IMG/VR virus record: IMGVR_UViG_3300036771_000058
Span: 1 to 54,935 of that record
Reading direction: 5' to 3' (one strand)
Length of the DNA stretch: 54,935 nucleotides
Source: a virus
Lineage: Duplodnaviria; Caudoviricetes
Shown: in pieces, positions 36,590 through 44,896 of the stretch
How the letters are laid out: each line of letters starts with the position of its first letter
How positions within the stretch are numbered: the first letter of the stretch is position 1
Program-made: the position numbers and the translations under genes
Notes under the pieces: model-generated
Databases searched by the model: none
What the model saw: only the letters and a program-made list of their open reading frames with translations
What the model was told of the DNA's origin: nothing

Positions 36590-37409
36590 TTACCGTTGTC
36601 ATTCCTTCCAAAATCTCAATTCTTTTTTCAACTTCACCTGCAATATTTTGGTATACAGTATGAACGTTTTTATCATGAACATCTTTTAGATTATAAGTGA
36701 TTCCTGTTCTATCAAATCTCTTTAAGCGTGCCATCTGTTTAATGATATTACTGAACACATTAGCTTTGCCAAAAATCTCTTCAGCTTCTTGAAGGATATC
36801 TTTATCAATTTCATTACCGTTTTGCATTAGTACAGGTAATGCCCCAATAATTTCTAATGGTAAATTGTAATCATCTGCTAACGAGAATACATGTTCAACG
36901 TATTTCTGAGCACCTTTTAATGATCTTTCTTGTGTTTGTAAAATAACCATTACATAGTCACTAGCGACTAATGCACTGTCTGCAAATTTATTTAATTGTG
37001 GTGGCACATCGATAAAAATGTAATCGTAATTTCCTTTGATTGCACTTAATTGTTTTGCGAAATATGTATCCTGTGAGAAGTCATCCTCAAAATTTCTGAA
37101 AAGGAATTTTTCATATGTTTGTAAATCCTCGTAAGAAGGAAGTAAGTCTAAGTTAGGCAGTACATTAATTAGCGCACTCTGCAAGTTTGCATCTATAAGT
37201 GACATAGCTAATGTTCTTTTGAATTCTGGTTCGATTGAATATATTTTTTTCATTGTGTTAAATAGTAAATCAGTCGCATTTGCTTGTGGATCTAAATCTA
37301 CTAATAAAGTTTTCTTTCCTTGTTTCGCGAATGTATAAGCCAACATTACAGCATTGGTAGTTTTTCCAACTCCACCTTTGAAGTTCCCAGTTGTGATAAC
37401 TTTGCACAT
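36582..37409 (-). CDS. parA: ParA-family partition ATPase
   Basis: KGGVGKTT deviant Walker A, DLDPQAN, IDVPP. Confidence 0.95.
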   Translation of the reverse strand: MCKVITTGNFKGGVGKTTNAVMLAYTFAKQGKKTLLVDLDPQANATDLLFNTMKKIYSIEPEFKRTLAMSLIDANLQSALINVLPNLDLLPSYEDLQTYEKFLFRNFEDDFSQDTYFAKQLSAIKGNYDYIFIDVPPQLNKFADSALVASDYVMVILQTQERSLKGAQKYVEHVFSLADDYNLPLEIIGALPVLMQNGNEIDKDILQEAEEIFGKANVFSNIIKQMARLKRFDRTGITYNLKDVHDKNVHTVYQNIAGEVEKRIEILEGMTTVNG

Positions 37410-37434
37410 TTTCCGTCACCTCGTAAAAAAAAGT

Positions 37435-37725
37435 TTTTTTATACTTTTATAAATTTATAATTTGATTTTATAACACAACAAACCAACGGTAAAGTATAAA
37501 TTTATAATTTTATACTTTTATAAAAAATTTATAATTAATCTGTAAATAGATGATAGTTTTTAAAACCTATTTTCAAAATGGTATATTATCAAGCTATATT
37601 AGCGTATTTTTTATAAAAATATACTTTTATACTTTTATAAAATTATAAAAGTATAAAAAAAGTATCATTCTAATTTCGGAAAACTAGTTTTTTATAAAAG
37701 TATAAAATTATAAAAGTATAAAAAT
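37435..37725. repeat. Centromere-like (parS/parC) clusters of TTATA-containing 8-mers in both orientations
   Basis: e.g. TATACTTTTATAAATTTATAA and TATAAAAGTATAAAATTATAAAAG upstream of parA. Confidence 0.75.
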
Positions 37726-37911
37726 GAAATTGGTTTTTTATATAGAGGGAAATGTAACAGGCTTATAGGGGTATTTACAAACAAAAAAGCTTATTGTAAC
37801 GTAGTACACAACAAGCAACATTCTACAAAACAAAACACAATTTGATATTTTACATAAACGAAGAACATAAAGATTGAACGAGATAAATTAAAGACAATTG
37901 AATATGAACAC

Positions 37912-38090
37912 AAAACAAAAAGCCACTCCCATATGCTAACGGCTACCAACCTTTAGCGGGAATGACTGATTTCTAGTAATTGCTACCAACACTTACTAGA
38001 ATGAACTGTATTCGACCACAGTGTTAACGTTTAAGTAGTGAACCAACACTAACCTTAAACAACTATGCCTTTTCACGAGGCTTCTTTGAT
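37912..38090 (-). ncRNA. Candidate antisense copy-control RNA (RNA I-like), about 175 nt, three stem-loops with UUGGU loops
   Basis: Minus-strand TTGATA-17-TAAAAT promoter (38125-38097); hairpins 38029-38060, 37971-38001, 37921-37967; U-tract at the end. Confidence 0.7.
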
Positions 38091-38173
38091 ATACCCATTT
38101 TATCTATTGTTTGGATAAATATCAACTAGTAAATACTAGTTTTGATTATTTTGTAGTCCAAAAGATATATACC

Positions 38174-38245
38174 GGGCATCTCTAAACCTAGAAGTCTTGT
38201 GAATGTACAGGCCATTTAGGAATTGGAGATGCCTTTTTGTTTTTT
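38174..38245 (+). terminator. Intrinsic terminator / attenuator
   Basis: GGGCATCTCTAA / TTGGAGATGCCT stem followed by TTTTGTTTTTT. Confidence 0.75.
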
Positions 38246-39037
38246 GTTCGCGTGGAATTGCCTGATACCACGTTAATAAAAACTGATAAGGCGTGATTCC
38301 GTGCTTCTATATAGAGGGAACGTGTTACGGCGTGGCTAGCTGTTGGTCGTGCAGGGGGTACAGAGTATACGCCTACAAAAACAGCACCCCTCATTGGAAT
38401 CCTGTTCTTCTGATGAGGGAGGGCGAGAACTTGCCCAGGGACGATTCCCTAAAAGGTTCGGGTGGTTATCGTTAGCATTACGGTGCTAGGGAGTACATTC
38501 AGTTTGTCGTGTAGGGACGATATTACAAGGACAAGCCATAGAAAAAGGATGTATGCGGTGAAGATCGCTGAGTGAACAGGGTCTATACATACGGATACCT
38601 TATAAGTGACCGCATGGCGAAAACAAAGACGCTTATCCATCTATTTTGACTGATTATTTTTTTGTGATCTTTCAAAGTAGGGGATAAATCTGCCTTCCAG
38701 CCGTGTTCCATAATCGTTCCCACATGATAAAAACCCTCAAAACCTTTAGTCAACATTAAATTCGAAGAAACGATAAAAAATATAGGATTGTTTAATACTT
38801 GGGGGAAGTACTCACTAAGATAGAGGGATAAATAAGGGATTTACTACTTACTTGGTTAGAGGATAAGGGGACAGATGGTTAGAATATGCTTTATTGTGGA
38901 ATTAGGTTTTATCAATTAGATATAGTACGTGAAATTTAAGTAAACTAGATTATAAAATTAACACGTATTAGTAAAGAAAATGTGTTCTAGTATGTTATCA
39001 TTTTTATATAAATATATTTAGTTAGGCGGGAGATATT

Positions 39038-39193
39038 ATGTTTAAAGAAGATTATTGTATTTGCGAAAATACTAGTGGTGTGCATTCGGAGTGGGATGGT
39101 ACTGGCACTTGGGACTATTGTGATGATTGTAATAAGAAAATTGATGGTTCTCTTTGCTACGATGATGAACCTATGGTTGAAGATTTAATGTAA
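39038..39193 (+). CDS. Small acidic Cys-rich protein (51 aa)
   Basis: Hand-translated MFKEDYCICENT...YCDDCNKK...; RBS GGGAG; followed by a terminator. Confidence 0.6.
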   Translation: MFKEDYCICENTSGVHSEWDGTGTWDYCDDCNKKIDGSLCYDDEPMVEDLM

Positions 39194-39384
39194 TCTCTGC
39201 ATTTTATGTAGGGATTTTTTCATAAAGAAAAGACACCCTAAGGTGCCTCCGACTTGATAACCACTTTAATTTTAATAATATTTTTTTCTTAATACAAGAA
39301 GTTAACCCAACCCATAATAATTTTACCATATTTATGTATATCGTTCATTGAGAAAAAATAAAAGCACTCTTTCGAGTGCCTCTT

Positions 39385-39729
39385 TTAAGCAGATACAGTA
39401 TCTTTACCCTTACGGAAGATACCCATCAATCCGCCGATTAACAATAATACTCCTGGTAATAAGTAAACGATAGAGATACAGATGAATCCACCAATAGCAG
39501 CAACTGTCATCATGATACCGCCAACTTTAGCATTCTTTTTAACTACTACGCAGCCAACAATTCCTAAGATAGATAGAGCAACAGCTCCCCATCCTAAACC
39601 GATGATGCTGTCTGCACCTTCAGCTTCAAATGCAGCTCCCATACCGCCGATCATTAAAGCAATAAACGCACAAATAATACCAAAAATACCACCAATAAGT
39701 CCTAATACAAATTCAGTTGTTCTTTTCAT
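39385..39729 (-). CDS. DUF4064-like membrane protein
   Basis: MKRTTEFVLGLIGGIFG; multiple TM helices. Confidence 0.8.
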   Translation of the reverse strand: MKRTTEFVLGLIGGIFGIICAFIALMIGGMGAAFEAEGADSIIGLGWGAVALSILGIVGCVVVKKNAKVGGIMMTVAAIGGFICISIVYLLPGVLLLIGGLMGIFRKGKDTVSA

Positions 39730-39741
39730 TTTAATTTCTCC

Positions 39742-40272
39742 TTATTTAGCTACTTCGAATTCGAATTTCACAGATTTTTCATCAAATGTAAATGTAGGTT
39801 TGAATGTACCTGTGAATTTATCGCCTTCTGGTACATCGTACAACATTTTGTTTGTGATTTGATTACCTGGTGCAATATTTTCAGTCACAAAAGTATTTTC
39901 TCCGCCAAAGTACTCTTTGAATTGGTTACCCTCTGCATCAGCGATTTTTAATTCAGAAGTTCCGAAAAATATATCTTTCTTTCCATTATTTTTAGCATTG
40001 AACGCGATTTCTAAAACTTTTCCTTTTTCAGCTTTGATGTATTCGTTAGGTTCAACGAATTTAGCTGAACTGAAAGTTAGTTGTAGACCATTAACTTCTA
40101 CTGTATCCCCGATTTTATAAACTTTGTTTTCAGTAGATGCTTTTTTGTCCTTTTTTTCCTCTTGTTTAGGAGCATTGTCTTTACTTACTTCTTTAACTTC
40201 TGTGTCTCCGCACGCTGCTAAACTAAAAGCAAATGCTCCTGTTAAAGCGATTGTACCCATTTTTTTATACAT
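39742..40272 (-). CDS. DUF4352-like lipoprotein
   Basis: Lipobox LAAC; YKIGDTVEV Ig-like domain. Confidence 0.8.
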   Translation of the reverse strand: MYKKMGTIALTGAFAFSLAACGDTEVKEVSKDNAPKQEEKKDKKASTENKVYKIGDTVEVNGLQLTFSSAKFVEPNEYIKAEKGKVLEIAFNAKNNGKKDIFFGTSELKIADAEGNQFKEYFGGENTFVTENIAPGNQITNKMLYDVPEGDKFTGTFKPTFTFDEKSVKFEFEVAK

Positions 40273-40464
40273 TTTCGTTCCTCCAGTTATGTAAAATGTA
40301 AGATTTCCGAACTTATCATAACAGAAACAGTTACAACTATTTTGTCATATTTTGTCGAATGGAAATAAAAAAAGAGAGCCTAAGCTCTCACTGGGTAAAT
40401 TGGTCAAATTATGTCAAATTTTACCACTGGTCATTGGAAAAGTTTTCTTTTATTATGAAATCAA

Positions 40465-40809
40465 TCACAATATTTCTTTATTCTCACCTAAGAATCTCAC
40501 GTAATGGTCAAGTTGCTTGCAGAAACTCTCTCGTTGGCTATCAGATAACGCTCCATACGTTTTTTGAACACCATTGAGAGTATTATGTAGCATTTCATCA
40601 TCTGTAGCGTCAGTACGTCCGGTAAGCACGTCTAATGTTACATTGAAATAGGAGGCGAGACGAAACATTGTCGTAAGATCAGGTTCAGAAAAACCATTTT
40701 CGTAGTTATTAATCTGGCTTCTGCTGAGATTTAGATCATGAGCTAAATCCGCTTGTCTTAACGAACGACTTTTCCTAAGTTTTTTTAAAGTTTCACCTAA
40801 AGTTTTCAT
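40465..40809 (-). CDS. XRE-family HTH regulator (likely start MKTLG, possibly leaderless)
   Basis: LRQADLAHDLNLSRSQINNYENG HTH; TATACT lies 6 nt upstream of the ATG with no RBS. Confidence 0.8.
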   Translation of the reverse strand: MKTLGETLKKLRKSRSLRQADLAHDLNLSRSQINNYENGFSEPDLTTMFRLASYFNVTLDVLTGRTDATDDEMLHNTLNGVQKTYGALSDSQRESFCKQLDHYVRFLGENKEIL

Positions 40810-40912
40810 ACTATCAGTATAGTTATATGAATATCGATATACTATAAATGATAGATTTATTGTCAAATATGATAATATGATATATTTTTAATCTTAGTTA
40901 AAAATAAAATAA

Positions 40913-40950
40913 GAACTTATGTTCTCTTTTAGGAGAAATAGTGGTAAAAT
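40913..40950 (+). promoter_or_regulatory. SOS box followed by an extended -10 promoter facing aimR
   Basis: GAACttatGTTC at 40913-40924 and TGGTAAAAT at 40942-40950. Confidence 0.65.
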
Positions 40951-41123
40951 ATGTACATGGGTTCTTTAAACGTCTTAATGCACAATTGCATATTCAAATT
41001 ATTTTAATTCGAGAAACGTTGTTGTACAGGGGTTTCTCAACTTTCTCAATAATAATCAGATAACTCCACGACTGAATTTTGGGAAATTTGTGGTATTATG
41101 AAAACATTAAAATTAACGGACGT

Positions 41124-41215
41124 AAAAAAGACCCATGACTGTGCAAGTGGTGCGCTAACACCCTTACACCGTCCACCCTAAAAGCGCTTAGGGGAACTCT
41201 TGTCATAAGTCTTCA
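41124..41215 (-). ncRNA. Candidate antisense RNA opposite the aimR leader
   Basis: Minus-strand TGnTATAAT at 41230-41222; closing stem 41128-41139/41202-41213 has two C-A mismatches that are G-U on the minus strand; U6 tail. Confidence 0.55.
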
Positions 41216-41318
41216 TACATAATTATAACACACAACCTAGATATAATGACGCGTTTTCCTTAAATGTAACAAATTGGGTATAACGTGTCTTTTGTTCCGA
41301 ACGAAGGGGAGCAAAGTT

Positions 41319-42482
41319 ATGCAAAGAGTGTTAAGCACAATATCTGAAGATATGAATAGCAAGAACATTAATCGTAGTAAATTGGTAAAAAAGATGAAAA
41401 TCGATCCTGCAACACTGTCTCGATTTTTAAAAGGTAAACATCAATTACTCTTTAATAAGTATGGCGAGATGCTTAAAGAGGTGTATCCAAGTGACGTTAC
41501 TATTAGAAGGGAATTTTGTCGTAAATATTCAGACGTTGTAAAAAGACCTGGAAATAAAAAAGTAGCTATGTATTATCTTTTGTCTCATGGCGAATTAGAA
41601 ATATTGAATGATGTAATTTCCAAAGAAAAAGAAGGGAAACATCATGAATGGGCCATTGTCTGTGAATTATTATATTTAAGATATAGCGGTAAAATGTCAG
41701 GTGACGCACTATATGAGAAATATAAAGAAGTAACAAACAATTTCAAAACAAAAACAACAGAAATGGAAATTCTTTGTGGTATCGTAGTTCTACATGTTAG
41801 GTACGATCAGGAAAATTACAAAGACATGGTCAAACTTTCCGAGGAACTTATAGAAAAAGCTAAAGGCTTAGATGATGAGTATATAAGATCATTCTTGGAA
41901 TTCAAAGTGCAAGAAGCTATAGTATATGGTCTACTAACGTGTGCGGAAATTGAAAAGATGCGTAAATACTGTTATGAAATCATTAATGACGTTCAATCAG
42001 AAAAGTATTTCCCTATATTCCGAGCAACGGCATATGGCGTTTTAGGACAATCCTATATATTTACAGATTTCGAAAAGTCTTTGGATTTTTTGAATAGGGC
42101 TGTAGCTGTAATCGACAAAGGACCAGGGGAACAGATGCAGCAACGAAAGAATATGATCTTAAACACAATAGATTTTTTGAAAATCCATTGGAAAGTAGAT
42201 TTAGGTAATATACAACCTATTGTCAAAGCAGAGAAAGCTTATTTAGAAATCCAAAAAGGCAATTTTGAAAAGGCTTTAAATATTTTGATGGAAATACTAC
42301 ACGAGAACGGAAAATTTGATGCGTATGAGACATTCTATCTCGCTCTTGCGAAAGGAAATGACCATAAAATATTAAGCGACGCTTTACAGTTATTCGAACA
42401 GTCACAAAATATTTTTTATTCATATTTGCCGAAAAAATATCTAGGAATAATGTCCCACAAATGCTATAATTTAGTTGGGTGA
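41319..42482 (+). CDS. aimR: Arbitrium-like peptide receptor AimR (HTH + TPR-like repeats)
   Basis: N-terminal HTH (IDPATLSRFLKG), helical repeats, about 387 aa from ATG 41319; followed by a signal-peptide ORF next to the repressor. Confidence 0.85.
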   Translation: MQRVLSTISEDMNSKNINRSKLVKKMKIDPATLSRFLKGKHQLLFNKYGEMLKEVYPSDVTIRREFCRKYSDVVKRPGNKKVAMYYLLSHGELEILNDVISKEKEGKHHEWAIVCELLYLRYSGKMSGDALYEKYKEVTNNFKTKTTEMEILCGIVVLHVRYDQENYKDMVKLSEELIEKAKGLDDEYIRSFLEFKVQEAIVYGLLTCAEIEKMRKYCYEIINDVQSEKYFPIFRATAYGVLGQSYIFTDFEKSLDFLNRAVAVIDKGPGEQMQQRKNMILNTIDFLKIHWKVDLGNIQPIVKAEKAYLEIQKGNFEKALNILMEILHENGKFDAYETFYLALAKGNDHKILSDALQLFEQSQNIFYSYLPKKYLGIMSHKCYNLVG

Positions 42483-42488
42483 TGCTAA

Positions 42489-42644
42489 ATGAAAAAAATA
42501 CTATCGCTAATTACAAGCGTAGCGTTAGCTGGAGGATTTTTATTCGCTCCTGCTGACAATAAAGAGGAACCGAAGCAAGTAGCTAAGGTAGCTCAAGAAC
42601 AAATTACATTGTACTCAGAAATGGGTCCTGGTACAGGGATCTAA
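42489..42644 (+). CDS. aimP: Arbitrium pro-peptide AimP (51 aa)
   Basis: MKKILSLITSVALAGGFLFAPADNKEEPKQVAKVAQEQITLYSEMGPGTGI*: signal peptide plus Gly/Pro-rich C-terminus. Confidence 0.85.
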   Translation: MKKILSLITSVALAGGFLFAPADNKEEPKQVAKVAQEQITLYSEMGPGTGI

Positions 42645-42708
42645 TTTAATAAATAGATAAGAATGACGTCTTCTCTTGCAGAAGACGTCATTCGTCATTT
42701 TCGGGGTT

Positions 42709-42763
42709 ATTGAACTTTTTATCATAAACGAAGTAAAGTTCAATGAATGTGAATTAATTCACA
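42709..42763 (+). promoter_or_regulatory. Putative AimR operator plus a second palindrome
   Basis: ATTGAACTTT-16-AAAGTTCAAT (42709-42744) and perfect palindrome TGTGAATTAATTCACA (42748-42763), downstream of hairpin 42661-42693. Confidence 0.55.
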
Positions 42764-42794
42764 AACTACTATGAGAACATTGGAGGATTTAGGG

Positions 42795-42932
42795 ATGGAA
42801 CAAACTAACATCGAGAAAGAATTGGTAGAAATCGAAAATAACTTACAAGGTATCTTTAATGCGGCTCAAAGCGGGGATGCTGAGTCTTATGAGATGCTAT
42901 TAAAAATAAAAGAGGCGATCGGTAGCATTTGA
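42795..42932 (+). CDS. AimX candidate (45 aa), convergent on the repressor gene
   Basis: MEQTNIEKELVEIENNLQG...AIGSI*; RBS GGAGG. Confidence 0.6.
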   Translation: MEQTNIEKELVEIENNLQGIFNAAQSGDAESYEMLLKIKEAIGSI

Positions 42933-42937
42933 TGCTA

Positions 42938-43288
42938 TCAATCGCCTGATATTTTAACTAGTTGCTTTATCATCTCAATAAGTTCTTTTTGTTTGTCTGG
43001 ATTTTTAGAACGTATATCTATCATTACTTGTTCTAAGTCGTCTTTAGCTACTGATTCAGGATTCTTTTCGTCAGATTCACCTAATACATAAGAAACTGAT
43101 ACATTAGCAAGTTTCGCAATTTCTAAGCTCATCTTTTTAGATGGACATTTCGTGCTTTCTTCATTTTCCCACATCGAAACAGCAGATCTACTTTGAATTC
43201 CTAACGCTTCAGCAAATTCCCTTTGACTAAGTTTCAGTATGTCAGTCCTTATCTCTTTAACACGTCTACTAATTAATTTGTAATCCAT
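42938..43288 (-). CDS. CI-like XRE repressor
   Basis: LSQREFAEALGIQSRSAVSMWEN HTH; divergent from the cro-like gene. Confidence 0.85.
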   Translation of the reverse strand: MDYKLISRRVKEIRTDILKLSQREFAEALGIQSRSAVSMWENEESTKCPSKKMSLEIAKLANVSVSYVLGESDEKNPESVAKDDLEQVMIDIRSKNPDKQKELIEMIKQLVKISGD

Positions 43289-43382
43289 TCTTTTTATTCC
43301 CCTTAATATTTATTAGTAACTATTACTTACTAACACTAAATATATATGAATACATTTCCTATATCTTAAATTTAACAAATTT

Positions 43383-43745
43383 GTTCTCAAAATGACAACA
43401 CTTTTAAAAATTTTTATTTTTTTAAATTTAGGGGTTCTCAAAAAGAGACTCCCTATGATATACTCAAAACAACGAAACGAACAAAGGGTGATACCGAATG
43501 AAATTAAACACGGAAAAGATTAGGGAGCTAAGACTTTCTAAAGGTTTCACACAGGTTGAGGTAGCTGAAACAATGGGTTACACGAACAGAAACTCATATT
43601 CTCAAGTAGAAACAGGAAAGCGTGAACCTAACTTACATAGATTGTCTTTACTCGCAGGATTGTATGATGTAACGATTGATGAATTGACAAGGTAGTCTCT
43701 TTTTTTACCAAACAGGTCTCAAAAAGAGACGTCTCAAAAAACGAA
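43383..43745. promoter_or_regulatory. Repressor operator candidates GTCTCAAAAAGAGAC
   Basis: Copies at 43434-43449 and 43716-43730; degenerate copies at 43731-43745 and near 43383-43399. Confidence 0.65.
43498..43695 (+). CDS. Cro-like HTH
   Basis: FTQVEVAETMG...YSQVETGKREP. Confidence 0.85.
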   Translation: MKLNTEKIRELRLSKGFTQVEVAETMGYTNRNSYSQVETGKREPNLHRLSLLAGLYDVTIDELTR

Positions 43746-43760
43746 TAAGGAGGAAAGAAA

Positions 43761-44528
43761 ATGAATCAATTACAAGTTTTCAACAATAAAGAACTCGGAC
43801 AGGTTCGAACGGTAATACAAGGTGAAGATGTTTGGTTTGTAGCGAAAGATGTTTGCGACATTCTAGAAATCAAGAACAACCGGGATGCACTAAACAAATT
43901 AGATGAGGATGAAAAGGGGGTAGCTTTAACCGACACCCTTGGAGGAAAACAAAACACTTCAATCATCAACGAAAGTGGTCTTTACTCGCTAATCATGACA
44001 AGTCGCAAGCCACAAGCGAAAGCATTCAAAAAGTGGGTAACGAGTGAAGTACTTCCTTCTATTAGAAAACACGGAGCATACATGACAGATCAAGTCCTGG
44101 AACAAGCGGTAACTAATCCAGAGTTCATGATTGGCATTCTTACTAAATTAAAAGAGGAGAAAGAAAAGCTCGCAGCAGCGCAACAACAAATTGTACAGCA
44201 ACAACCACTCGTAACATTCGCAGAAGCGTGTATGCAATCGGATAAATCATTAAAGGTGAGTGAAGTTGCTAAGTTAGCAGCAAAACACAATATCAAAATT
44301 GGTCAACGTCAGTTGTTCGCGAAACTTCGTGAATGGGAGTTAATGTTCAAACGTTCTACTGAGCCAACACAAAAAGCAGTTGAAAGAGAATTGTTCGAGG
44401 TTGCACAAGGTGTTAAACAAAAACCTAGTGGTGAACCATTCACATGGACAACAACATACGTAACACCAAAAGGACAAGCCTACATCATAGACCGACTGAA
44501 GAAAGAACAGGAACAGGAGGCGGTGTAA
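43761..44528 (+). CDS. Antirepressor (BRO-N + KilA-C/ANT)
   Basis: WFVAKDVC, INESGLY, FKKWVTSEVLPSIRK, VTPKGQ. Confidence 0.92.
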   Translation: MNQLQVFNNKELGQVRTVIQGEDVWFVAKDVCDILEIKNNRDALNKLDEDEKGVALTDTLGGKQNTSIINESGLYSLIMTSRKPQAKAFKKWVTSEVLPSIRKHGAYMTDQVLEQAVTNPEFMIGILTKLKEEKEKLAAAQQQIVQQQPLVTFAEACMQSDKSLKVSEVAKLAAKHNIKIGQRQLFAKLREWELMFKRSTEPTQKAVERELFEVAQGVKQKPSGEPFTWTTTYVTPKGQAYIIDRLKKEQEQEAV

Positions 44529-44531
44529 ACA

Positions 44532-44645
44532 ATGGAAGAAAGCATATTCTCACATTTAATGATATTGGTTGTAGTTATCGGAATTGCAGGATTCATTTAC
44601 CTAATGGAACGCATAGACAAACGACTTATGAAGGATGAAAAGTGA
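44532..44645 (+). CDS. Small membrane peptide (37 aa)
   Basis: Hand-translated MEESIFSHLMILVVVIGIAGFIYL... Confidence 0.55.
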   Translation: MEESIFSHLMILVVVIGIAGFIYLMERIDKRLMKDEK

Positions 44646-44776
44646 TGGATAAACAGCAGAAGGATAAGGAAGACAAAGAAAACATCATCAAAATGGTAAG
44701 GGATTTAAAAGCTAAAGAGTTACATAACTGCGTGAAACTCATCGAGAAGTACCATTATATAACTCTAGCTAAATAG
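44645..44776 (+). CDS. Small hypothetical protein (43 aa)
   Basis: TGATG coupling to the previous ORF. Confidence 0.5.
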   Translation: MDKQQKDKEDKENIIKMVRDLKAKELHNCVKLIEKYHYITLAK

Positions 44777-44896
44777 GACAAGCCTTTGCTTGTCGGAATA
44801 TTCAGGAATCTAACGGTATTCCCCACCTAGCAAATGGGTTCCTGGATATTCCGATGCGTGAAAGCATCAACAAATGAGAGAAATGGGGAATTGAAA

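Larger units (their letters stand above)
37810..38665 (+). ncRNA. Candidate sense RNA (RNA II / primer-like) with an attenuator at 38174-38245
   Basis: TTTACA-17-TAACGT promoter 37774-37802; GC-rich and hairpin-dense 38250-38630; no credible ORF. Confidence 0.5.

Noticed and set aside
38188-38640. Three short ORFs as a possible rep gene
   Set aside because: 60-68 aa, mutually overlapping, weak RBSs and no Rep motifs; the GC-rich hairpins explain the open frames
40352-40358. Spo0A box TGTCGAA upstream of the lipoprotein gene
   Set aside because: A single 7-mer is expected by chance in 55 kb
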